Source of the DNA: Candidatus Methylomirabilis limnetica | GTDB taxonomy: Bacteria; Methylomirabilota; Methylomirabilia; Methylomirabilales; Methylomirabilaceae | Length of the DNA stretch: 32,000 bases | Assembly: GCF_003044035.1 (NCBI RefSeq) | Contig: NZ_NVQC01000016.1 | Coordinates: 30,001 to 62,000 of the forward strand | Direction of reading: 5' to 3' | In this document: positions 1 through 7,688 of the stretch, piece by piece | Layout of the letters: each line of letters begins with the position of its first letter | Numbering within the stretch: the first letter of the stretch is position 1 | Notes under the pieces: generated by a model | Databases searched by the model: none | The model's input: the letters and a program-made list of their open reading frames with translations, nothing else | What the model was told of the DNA's origin: nothing | Made by a program: the position numbers and the translations under genes

Positions 1-238
1 CAGCGGTCGGTCACACCTTCGAGCAATTCGTAGATCTCCTTCCACTTGGTCACCTCTAGAATCGGTTGCTCTCCTTCGAACAAGCCGGCGATCGCACGCC
101 GATACAGATCGTCCGCCTCGTTCTCCAACCGATTGATCTCCACGCAGATCTCCTCCACCCCGACGAATCTGGGCAGGTCCCCAATCGCCTTCACGACCTG
201 CTCGGCCGATGCTAGAATGAGGGCCACCATCTCGCGGG
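1..238 (-). pseudogene. 3' fragment of a DUF47 (PhoU_div)-type phosphate-transport regulator paralog. It runs off the left edge and is truncated upstream at about 238.
   Basis: nt 1-153 are identical to 5414-5566, the 3' part of the 5365..6714 gene. nt 154-238 align without gaps but are diverged. The minus-strand translation reads REMVALILASAEQVVKAIGDLPRFVGVEEICVEINRLENEADDLYRRAIAGLFEGEQPILEVTKWKEIYELLEGVTDR. Similarity stops abruptly where the IS91-like fragment starts. Confidence 0.7.
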
Positions 239-385
239 ATATTCTCCTGCAAACGCCGTCACTTCTGCCCATCGTGTCATCAGAAACGAGTGATCGAATT
301 CGGTGAATGGTTCCTGGATGATCTTGCTGTCACCATCCCTCAGCGTCACATTGTCTTCTCCGTCCCCAAGCTGATCCGCCAACGT
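239..385 (+). mobile_element. Fragment of an IS91-family (Y2) transposase, N-terminal zinc-binding region only
   Basis: The frame starting at 242 reads FSCKRRHFCPSCHQKRVIEFGEWFLDDLAVTIPQRHIVFSVPKLIRQ. This matches the SCK-R-FCPSC ... P-RH/Q-V/W-V-F/L-S/T-x-P-K-x-L/I-R signature of IS91/IS801 transposases. There is no start codon and no catalytic domain. DUF47 and IS3 fragments flank it. Confidence 0.6.
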
Positions 386-1268
386 GGGCGGAGATCGACC
401 AGATGAGGGCGCATGGCGCTCCGCTCAGCCTGGTGTGTCGGACGTTGGGCGTCTCGCGGGCGGGCTTCTACAAATGGCAGCACAGCTCGGCGCCCACTCC
501 ACCGCGGCAGGAGCCGCGTGATAAGCGCTTGGCCCAGCGGATCCGGAGCACCCTGGGCCGGGAGGAGACCTTCGGCTGCCGCCGGGTGTGGGCCTGGCTG
601 CGGTTGAAGGAGGGGGTCGTGGTCAATCGGAAGACGGTGCATCGGGATTATGCAACTGAAGGGCTGGCATCGCCCTGCCCGTCGGCCCAAGCCGACATGG
701 GTGAGAGCTCGACCGTGGACCAGCCGGACCGACTCTGGGCCACCGATACGACGAAGATCTGGTGCGTCCGGGATGGCTAGGCTTCCCTGGTGGGCGTCCT
801 TGATGCCGGGAGTCGCGAATGTGTGGGCGCTCGGCTCGCCCATCATGGCCGGGCGATCGAGGCCATCGATGCGCTGGAGCAAGGGATCGTCCAGCGCTAT
901 GGGGGTCTCCGCCAGGTGCCTGCGGGGCTGCGGCTCCGGCACAAGAACGGCTCCATCTTCCTGGCCCAGCTCTTTGTCGGCACCGCGCAGCAGCTCGCGA
1001 TCACCCGGGAGTTCATCCTCCGCGACTCGCCGGAGTACAACGGGGTCATCGAGCGATTCTTCCGGACCCTGAAGCAGGAATGTGTCTGGCTGCATCACTT
1101 CGAGTCCTTCGAGGAGGCCGAACGCATCATCATGGACTGGATTGCGCGCTACAACACGGAACGGCAACACTCGGCCCTGGGGTATCTCACCCCTCGTGCT
1201 TGGCGTGAACAGTTCTACCAACTCTCCCAGGCGGCATAAGACTTGTTGACTTTCGAGGGGGCACTACA
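386..1268 (+). mobile_element. 5'-truncated IS3-family insertion sequence. OrfA and the left inverted repeat are missing; the right inverted repeat is present.
   Basis: OrfB-type coding region at 403..1239. The right end GTTGACTTTCGAGGGGGCACTACA (ending about 1268) has the reverse complement TGTAGTGCCCCC..., the TGTAGTG-type terminus typical of IS3/IS150-group inverted repeats. No matching left repeat or OrfA lies upstream. Confidence 0.65.
403..1239 (+). pseudogene. IS3-family transposase OrfB (HTH + rve/DDE integrase core) interrupted by an in-frame TAG at 778-780
   Basis: ORFs 403..780 and 790..1239 share one frame. The sequence reads LWATDTTKIWCVRDG*ASLVGVLDAGSRECVG, so the stop sits where IS3 OrfB proteins carry a conserved Trp (TGG to TAG). 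The DDE context is otherwise intact (TDTT, VLDAGSR, NGVIERFFRTLKQE). Confidence 0.8.
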
Positions 1269-1962
1269 CTGACTACCATGATTGTTTCTGGTTCTCCCGC
1301 CTCGACCGCGCATCCAAGGATGATCAGACCTTCAAGTCTGGAGTCGCCGTAAGGAAAGGGAGAGGCACGATCTATAGATGGGGCGAGAAGCGTCCTGAAA
1401 AGGAGCCGGCTCATCTTCGGACCCACCGCGGAGGCAGGCTAGGTCTGCACTAACCGCAAGACTCGTTGCGATGCGGTAGTGAAATCACTGCTGCGTGGGC
1501 AGCAGTGGGCAATTAGAATATCCCACACGAGGTGTTGCACAAGTTAGCACAAGGAACCGGGGAGCATATGCGCAGACATGTTTTAACCGTTTTCGCCATG
1601 CTTCTCGCCTGGATACTTGATTGTAGTGCCGCCCCTTTCATGACGTGCAGCAGCAGTTACCTATCGAACGGATGGTTCTAATATGATGTCAAACTGTGGG
1701 ATGATCCTTTTTTCAAGCAAGTAGATTTATTTGGACTGGTTTTACCGTCCGTCACAAATCCAGTGGCAATTGGACAAACAGATGTTATATCCTTGGTAAT
1801 TCACCTTCAACGACGTGGACGTCATCCATCCCCTTGGATACTATGGGGAGCTACTTTCAGTTGCTCCTTTTCTTTACCGAACAGCATCCTGAGCTTATTG
1901 AATAGCGACAACGTTACGGAGAACGACGGGGCCTCGTGAGCCAAGTCTTAAGGACCGCGGGC

Positions 1963-2199
1963 ATGAAACACGAGATCGACGGCGCTATCATCAAGGCGGC
2001 GACCAAGCGCACAAGGAACATCGCCTGCCTGAAAAGCGCGGGGCACATATACTGCTCCGTGAATCAATGCCTCATGCATAGGATTTGTCTTATCGAATGC
2101 CGCGGAGACAAGCCCTGCGCCTATAAGAGCACGATGGATAACTTCCCCATCTGCACATGCCCTGTCAGGAAAGAGATCGTTAAACGTTACGGCAAATGA
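1963..2199 (+). CDS. Hypothetical small Cys-rich protein (78 aa, 8 Cys)
   Basis: The ORF MKHEIDGAIIKAATKRTRNIACLKSAGHIYCSVNQCLMHRICLIECRGDKPCAYKSTMDNFPICTCPV... has G/C-rich third codon positions like neighbouring genes, whereas the overlapping minus-strand ORF 1948..2334 does not. I recognise no family. Confidence 0.3.
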   Translation: MKHEIDGAIIKAATKRTRNIACLKSAGHIYCSVNQCLMHRICLIECRGDKPCAYKSTMDNFPICTCPVRKEIVKRYGK

Positions 2200-2235
2200 C
2201 CGAGACGGCCTCACTCGATACGGAGCGACGCTGCC

Positions 2236-2868
2236 ATGAAAAAACTTCTGCACGTTATCGCCAGCCCGCGGGGCGAAAAATCGCGAACCCTGCAGGTGGC
2301 ATCCGCCTTTCTTGAACGCTTTCGCGAGCTGCATCCGGAATGGATGATCGATGAGATCAACCTGTTTACCGACCCGCTGCCCGTGCTGGCGGCGCGCCAG
2401 GTGGATGGCAAGTACATGCTGCTTGGCGGCAAGGAGCTTTATGGCGAGCTACGCGAAACATGGGAGGACATTGAGCAGCACATCGCCCGCTTCAAGGGGG
2501 CGGATGCCTACCTGATCAGCACGCCCATGTGGAATTTCAATGTCCCGTACGTATTGAAGCAGTATATCGATATCCTCGTGCAGCCCCGGTATCTGTTTCA
2601 GTATGTCCACGGTCATACGGAGGGACTGCTGAAAGGGCGGCCCATGGTGGTGATTTCCTCACGGGGAGGGGACTATACCACGCCGGAAACCCAGTCGTTC
2701 GATCATGTGGAATCCTATCTGCGGGTCGTCTTCGGATTTGTCGGGATTACGGCGATTGAGTTTATTAAGGTTGAACCACTGGATGGGGTGTCCGCAGAGG
2801 CGGTACGACACACCGTGGAAGCCGCCCGCGGAGCGGCGCGCGAGGCGGCGGCGCGGATCCCTGCTTGA
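2236..2868 (+). CDS. azoR: FMN-dependent NADH-azoreductase / flavodoxin-like-fold NAD(P)H:quinone oxidoreductase
   Basis: 210 aa. N-terminus MKKLLHVIASPRGEKSRT, core LISTPMWNFNVPYVLKQYIDILV, and VVISSRGGDY...FVGI are colinear with AzoR-family proteins. Confidence 0.75.
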   Translation: MKKLLHVIASPRGEKSRTLQVASAFLERFRELHPEWMIDEINLFTDPLPVLAARQVDGKYMLLGGKELYGELRETWEDIEQHIARFKGADAYLISTPMWNFNVPYVLKQYIDILVQPRYLFQYVHGHTEGLLKGRPMVVISSRGGDYTTPETQSFDHVESYLRVVFGFVGITAIEFIKVEPLDGVSAEAVRHTVEAARGAAREAAARIPA

Positions 2869-2877
2869 GGAGCAGTC

Positions 2878-4836
2878 ATGGCACGTGACATTCCAATCGG
2901 CAACGGACAAATCCTGGTGGCCTATGACACGGACGGCTTAGTGCGGGATATCTATTATCCGCATGTCGGTCAGGAAAACCATGTCGGTGGGGCGGTGTTT
3001 CGTGTGGGCCTGTGGGAAGACAGCGCTTTTGAATGGCTGCCGAACGGCTGGGAACGAAGCGTCCAGTATCTGGACGACACGCTGGTCACCAGGGTGCTCT
3101 GGACGCATCCCGGAAAGGCCCTGAAGATGTGTTTCAACGACCTGGTCGACTTCCATGACAGCCTTTACCTGCGTCGCATCACGGTGACCAATCTCAGCAA
3201 TCGAGCCCGCCGCCTTCGCCTGTTCTTCGGGTTTGATTTCAGCATCAGCGGTAACGACATCGGCGATACCGCCGCACTGAGGCTGGAGGCGGGCGGGCTC
3301 TTGCATTATAAGAACGACCGCTATTTCCTGATCAATGCCTTACTTTGCGGGCGGCACGGGTTCGATCAATTCGCCACCGGGAACAAGCGGCGCCAGGCAT
3401 TTGAAGGCACGTGGAAGGATGCGGAGGACGGGAACCTCGGCGGAAACGCCATCGCCCAGGGCTCCGTGGACTCGGTGGCTGCGCTGCATATCAACGTGGA
3501 ACCGGAAGGTGCGGAAATTGCCTGGTTATGGATCAGCATTGGAAAAGACTGGAACGCGGTGCAGGGGCTGAACCGGACGGTCATCCGCCGCGGGCCAGCC
3601 CGCTTCTTCCAGCGGACCCATGACTACTGGCGTCTGTGGTCGCGCAAGGAACCTTTTTCTGTGGAAGGCTTGCCGGATGCCGTGATGCGGCTCTATCGGC
3701 GCAGCCTGCTGATCATGCGCACGCAGATTGATCGGAACGGAGCCATTGTTGCCGCCAATGATTCGGACAATATCCAGTTCAATCGCGACACCTACAGCTA
3801 TGTGTGGCCGCGAGATGGCGCGCTGGTGGCCCACGCCCTTGACTTGGCGGAGTACCCTGAGACCAGCAGAATGTTTTTCCGATTTTGTGCAGGGGTGGTG
3901 GAGCGCGAGGGCTACTTCCTGCATAAATACACGCCTGCCGGGATGCCCGCCAGTTCCTGGCATCCCTGGGTCAAGGATGCGCGCGGCCAGTTGCCGATCC
4001 AGGAGGATGAAACTGCTTTGGTGATATGGGCGCTGTGGGAACACTATCGCCGGTTCCGGGACATCGAATTCATTTCCCCGCTTTACCGTCCGCTCATCAA
4101 GAACGGCGCCAACTTCCTGATGAACTACCGTGATCTCAAGACGGGGCTTCCGCTGGCGAGCTATGACCTCTGGGAGGAACGGCAGGAAGTCCTGACATTT
4201 ACAGTGGCGGCGGTTTACGGCGGTCTGATGGCGGCGGCTCATTTTGTGGAAGCTTTTGGAGAGCATGAACTTGCCGGGGATTACCGGGCGGGCGCCGCAA
4301 CCCTGCGCGAGGCGGCGATACGTCACCTGTTCCTGCCGGAGACCCAGTGCTTTGCCCGCGGCGCGATGTTCCCGCCGGATGGCGGTGCGCCGGTGCTGGA
4401 TCGTACGGTGGATGCAAGCGCATGTGGCGTGTTTGCCTTCGGCATGCTGCCGGCCGATGATTCCAGGGTGCAGAGTACGCTGAAACACCTGCATGCGAAG
4501 CTATGGTGCCGGACGGAGGTTGGGGGACTTGCGCGGTACGAGAACGATCCCTATTTCCGGGAGAACACACAGGTGCCGGGCAATCCCTGGTTCGTGACGA
4601 CGCTCTGGTATGCCCAATATCTGATCGCATCGGCCCGGAGGCGGGCGGATCTGATCCCCGCTTTGGCGATCCTGGAATGGACCGCGGCCCATGCGCTACC
4701 AAGCGGGGTGTTGGCGGAGCAGCTAGATCCACAGTCCGGTCGGCCGCTATCGGTATCTCCGCTCACCTGGAGCCACGCCGCATTTGTCACCGCCGTCCGT
4801 GAGTACCAGCAGCAAGCTGACCGTCTGCCCTTGTGA
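2878..4836 (+). CDS. Glycoside hydrolase family 15 protein (glucoamylase/trehalase-like)
   Basis: 652 aa. It has the WPRDGALVAHAL and LWEER catalytic-region motifs and an (alpha/alpha)6-type C-terminal half. A GAGGAG Shine-Dalgarno sequence precedes the ATG, which lies 9 nt after the azoR-like stop. Confidence 0.8.
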   Translation: MARDIPIGNGQILVAYDTDGLVRDIYYPHVGQENHVGGAVFRVGLWEDSAFEWLPNGWERSVQYLDDTLVTRVLWTHPGKALKMCFNDLVDFHDSLYLRRITVTNLSNRARRLRLFFGFDFSISGNDIGDTAALRLEAGGLLHYKNDRYFLINALLCGRHGFDQFATGNKRRQAFEGTWKDAEDGNLGGNAIAQGSVDSVAALHINVEPEGAEIAWLWISIGKDWNAVQGLNRTVIRRGPARFFQRTHDYWRLWSRKEPFSVEGLPDAVMRLYRRSLLIMRTQIDRNGAIVAANDSDNIQFNRDTYSYVWPRDGALVAHALDLAEYPETSRMFFRFCAGVVEREGYFLHKYTPAGMPASSWHPWVKDARGQLPIQEDETALVIWALWEHYRRFRDIEFISPLYRPLIKNGANFLMNYRDLKTGLPLASYDLWEERQEVLTFTVAAVYGGLMAAAHFVEAFGEHELAGDYRAGAATLREAAIRHLFLPETQCFARGAMFPPDGGAPVLDRTVDASACGVFAFGMLPADDSRVQSTLKHLHAKLWCRTEVGGLARYENDPYFRENTQVPGNPWFVTTLWYAQYLIASARRRADLIPALAILEWTAAHALPSGVLAEQLDPQSGRPLSVSPLTWSHAAFVTAVREYQQQADRLPL

Positions 4837-4921
4837 TCGTTGAAAAGCCATTACGATTCTCCCGTTTCCGCCGGCCCTGGGTTTCTGCATCACATTCGAC
4901 TCAACAGAACAGGCAGCACGG

Positions 4922-5326
4922 ATGACCGAACACAACGGCAACGATACAACCTGGATGGCGGAGTTGAATCCGCAGCAGCAGCAGGCGGTGACCCATGGTC
5001 TAAAGCCGATGATCTCCATCGGTAACTACATGGACTTTACCACAAAAGTCCTGTTGGGTTTCGGAGTAGTCTTTGAGCTCCCGTTAGTCATTGGACTTGC
5101 GGCCAAGATAGGGCTGGTCACGCCCCAGGTTCTTGCCAAGAATCGGAAGTACGCGATCCTGGCTGTCTTCACGATTGCAGCCATTCTGACCCCCACCCCG
5201 GACGTCTTCAACCAGACGCTGATGGCTGTGCCGATGTATCTACTCTATGAGGTCGGGATTCTCGGGGCACGCATTCTGGTCAAGAAACCGGCAGTCACCT
5301 CGCAGGAGGCGACGGAAGGAGTCTAA
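4922..5326 (+). pseudogene. Chimeric ORF joining a UvrD/Rep-helicase N-terminal stub to a TatC C-terminal fragment
   Basis: Residues 12-26 (MAELNPQQQQAVTHG) match the LNP-x-Q-x-x-AV start of UvrD/Rep/PcrA helicases, but no Walker A motif follows. From about nt 5012, ISIGNYMDFTTKVLLGFGVVFELPLVIGLAAKIGLVTPQVLAKNRKYAILAVFTIAAILTPTPDVFNQTLMAVPMYLLYEVGIL matches the last two to three TM helices of TatC. The first ~150 aa of TatC are absent. Confidence 0.65.
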
Positions 5327-5364
5327 GACGTTAGAGGTCCCAGGGTTAGATGAGTGGCTCAGGC

Positions 5365-6714
5365 TCACGCATGCTTGAGGACGATCGTTTCGACCACGTT
5401 CGCTACATCCTCACAGCGGTCGGTCACACCTTCGAGCAATTCGTAGATCTCCTTCCACTTGGTCACCTCTAGAATCGGTTGCTCTCCTTCGAACAAGCCG
5501 GCGATCGCACGCCGATACAGATCGTCCGCCTCGTTCTCCAACCGATTGATCTCCACGCAGATCTCCTGCACGGTGTCGAGCCTTGGCAGTTGGCTGACGG
5601 CCTTCGCGACCTGCTCAGCCGATGCCACAATGAGGGTGACCATCTCGCGAGATTCGGAGGTCGGCTGCTCGATCTTGTAGAGTACCATCCTGGAGGCGGC
5701 CGCCTCGATGAAGTCCACGACGTCATCGAGGGCTGACGTCAGGGCATGGAGGTTCTGCCGGTCGATGAACGGGATGAAGGTCTGGTTCAGCTTCTTCATG
5801 ATGTTGTGGGTGATAGCGTCCCCTTGGTGCTCAGCCTCCCTGATTTTTCTCCACTTCTCCGCGGAATCAGTGTAATCCTCGAACATGGCCTCCAGGGACC
5901 TGGCGGCATCGAGGAGATTATGCGCTGCGGATTCGATCAGACTGAGAAACTCACGCTCCTCCGGCATCAGCCTGTGGGCCGCAAGGGCTGCATCTCGATC
6001 AACTCCTGGAATTTCGGGTGAGATACCGGCCGGGCGTCTCAAGCCCTTTCGTATCTCCTTGTCGCCACGCTCCCGGATATCCTGTCCCCGAACGATATAG
6101 ACGACATCCTCTGCGATATTAGTCGCATGATCGGCGATCCGCTCGAGGTAGCGTGAGACTAGAATCAGGTCTAAGGCCCTGGGAATAGTGGTGGGATCAC
6201 TGATCATATAGCTGAGAAGCTCTCTGAAGATCTGGTCCCGCAGGAGATCGACGGAATCGTCCGATTCGATGACGATCCTTGCGAGCTCCGGGTCTTGTGC
6301 CACAAAAGCATCCAGGCTTTTCTTCACCATCTCCTGGCAGAGCTGGGCTATCCGCGGGATATCGATAAGGGGCTTCAGGATTGGCTGTCTGATGAGCGAC
6401 ATAGTCGCCTGCGCGATGTTGACCGCCAGGTCACCAATTCGCTCGATGTCGCTGTTGATCTTGATGGCTGCCGCGATGAAGCGGAGGTCTCTAGCCATTG
6501 GCTGCTGAAGGGCCAGAAGGGTGAAGCATCGATCATCGGTTTCGATGCACCGCTGATCCATCTCTTCCTCGTGGGTGAACACCTCCTGCACCAGAGCCTC
6601 GCTCCGATCCATCAACGCCTTGACGCTCTTTACGATCATCGTCTCGGCCAGACTCCCCATCGCCAACAGGTGTTCTCTCAGTTCCTGCAATTGCTCATCA
6701 AAGTGACGCTGCAT
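5365..6714 (-). CDS. phoU: Fusion protein: complete PhoU (two PhoU repeats, about aa 1-215) plus a complete DUF47/PhoU_div domain (about aa 240-449)
   Basis: N-terminal half: MQRHFDEQLQELREHLLAMG..., DIERIGDLAVNIA and LERIADHATNIAEDVVYIV, the two PhoU repeat signatures. C-terminal half: REAEHQGDAITHNIMKKLNQTFIPFIDRQNLHALTSALDDVVDFIE and RLENEADDLYRRAIAGLFE...KWKEIYELLEGVTDRCEDVANVVETIVLK, the DUF47 signatures. It is the last gene of the pst operon, 17 nt after pstB. Confidence 0.8.
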   Translation of the reverse strand: MQRHFDEQLQELREHLLAMGSLAETMIVKSVKALMDRSEALVQEVFTHEEEMDQRCIETDDRCFTLLALQQPMARDLRFIAAAIKINSDIERIGDLAVNIAQATMSLIRQPILKPLIDIPRIAQLCQEMVKKSLDAFVAQDPELARIVIESDDSVDLLRDQIFRELLSYMISDPTTIPRALDLILVSRYLERIADHATNIAEDVVYIVRGQDIRERGDKEIRKGLRRPAGISPEIPGVDRDAALAAHRLMPEEREFLSLIESAAHNLLDAARSLEAMFEDYTDSAEKWRKIREAEHQGDAITHNIMKKLNQTFIPFIDRQNLHALTSALDDVVDFIEAAASRMVLYKIEQPTSESREMVTLIVASAEQVAKAVSQLPRLDTVQEICVEINRLENEADDLYRRAIAGLFEGEQPILEVTKWKEIYELLEGVTDRCEDVANVVETIVLKHA

Positions 6715-6731
6715 GGCTCCGCCCTCGTGTC

Positions 6732-7493
6732 CTAGCCGAATCGGCCCGTGATGTAGTCCTCAGTCTGTTTCTTGGAGGGTTTCACAAAAAGTTGCTTGGT
6801 CAGATCGTACTCCACTAATTGGCCAAGGTAAAGGAAAGCCGTGTAATCCGAGACCCGGGCCGCCTGCTGCATATTGTGGGTGACGATCACGATCGTGTAC
6901 TGTTGTTTCAGGTCGGCCATCAGCTCTTCGATCTTTCCCGTTGCAATCGGATCCAGCGCGGAGCACGGTTCGTCCATTAAGAGGACCTCCGGTTCGACAG
7001 CAATGGCCCTGGCGATGCACAGTCGCTGCTGTTGTCCCCCTGACAGGCCGAGAGCGCTGCTGCGCAGGCGATCCTGGACCTCGTTCCAGAGGGCGGCTGC
7101 CCGCAGACTCCTTTCCACGATCTCGTTCAGCGTCGACTGTCCGCGTACACCGAGGATCCTTGGCCCATAGGCGACGTTGTCATATATCGTCTTCGGAAAG
7201 GGATTCGATTTCTGGAACACCATGCCTACCCGCTTGCGGAGTTCCGTGATTTCCATGGCCGGGTCATGGATGTCGAGTCCGCCGATCCGGATAGTCCCGC
7301 TGACTGTTACCCCGTCGATGAGGTCGTTCATGCGGTTCAGGCATCGCAGGAGCGTCGTCTTCCCGCACCCCGATGGCCCGATGAAGGCCGTGACCTGATG
7401 CTTGGGGATATCGAGGCTGATATCCTGGAGGGCGAGCTTCTCGCCGTACTTGAGGCTCAACTTCCTGATTTCGATCATCGGTTCCATTGTCAT
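6732..7493 (-). CDS. pstB: Phosphate ABC transporter ATP-binding protein PstB
   Basis: 253 aa. Walker [10 protein letters not shown], signature [14 protein letters not shown], Walker [12 protein letters not shown], and the PstB-typical C-terminal tail YITGRFG. Confidence 0.93.
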   Translation of the reverse strand: MTMEPMIEIRKLSLKYGEKLALQDISLDIPKHQVTAFIGPSGCGKTTLLRCLNRMNDLIDGVTVSGTIRIGGLDIHDPAMEITELRKRVGMVFQKSNPFPKTIYDNVAYGPRILGVRGQSTLNEIVERSLRAAALWNEVQDRLRSSALGLSGGQQQRLCIARAIAVEPEVLLMDEPCSALDPIATGKIEELMADLKQQYTIVIVTHNMQQAARVSDYTAFLYLGQLVEYDLTKQLFVKPSKKQTEDYITGRFG

Positions 7494-7560
7494 CGTCGGT
7501 TTTTACAGTCCACTTTAAATCTCATGGTTCTGCACCATAAAGTCCGTCATTGCTTCGAAA

Positions 7561-7640
7561 GTCCCCCCCATCCTCTTCGGCGTAGGGGCGACCCTAGTGG
7601 TCGCCCGATCTGGGCAGGCACAAGGCCTGCCCCTACAAAG
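7561..7640. repeat. REP-like double-hairpin element in the pstA-pstB intergenic gap
   Basis: Hairpin 1: GGGCGACC (7586-7593) / GGTCGCCC (7599-7606). Hairpin 2: GGGCAGGC (7612-7619) / GCCTGCCC (7625-7632). The element lies in a 195-nt gap inside an otherwise tightly packed operon. Confidence 0.6.
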
Positions 7641-7688
7641 GGAGGGAGTAATAGGTCCAAACTTTATCATAAGGCACTTTCTCTATCT

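Noticed and set aside
346-1221. 291-aa minus-strand ORF covering the IS3 region
   Set aside because: It is antisense to a recognisable rve-type transposase frame. The translation is Arg/Pro/Gly-rich with no motif, a typical high-GC shadow ORF.
1568-1681. 37-aa ORF (MRRHVLTVFAMLLAWILDCSAAPF...) with a signal-peptide-like start and a possible lipobox
   Set aside because: ILDC has Asp at position -1, which does not fit a lipobox. The ORF is very short, lies in decayed AT-rich DNA, and has no conservation evidence. It is kept only as a remark in a finding.
1948-2334. 128-aa minus-strand ORF overlapping the azoR-like start
   Set aside because: It overlaps the start of a well-supported gene on the other strand. 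Its third codon positions are not G/C-enriched, unlike the co-located + strand ORF, and it has no recognisable motif.
3526-4494. 322-aa minus-strand ORF inside the GH15 gene. Similar long antisense ORFs occur at 9851..10891, 12677..13693, 18355..18957, 19156..19992 and 30366..30935.
   Set aside because: Each lies entirely within and opposite a gene that has clear family motifs. The translations are low-complexity (R/P/G/A-rich). These are shadow ORFs expected at this GC content.
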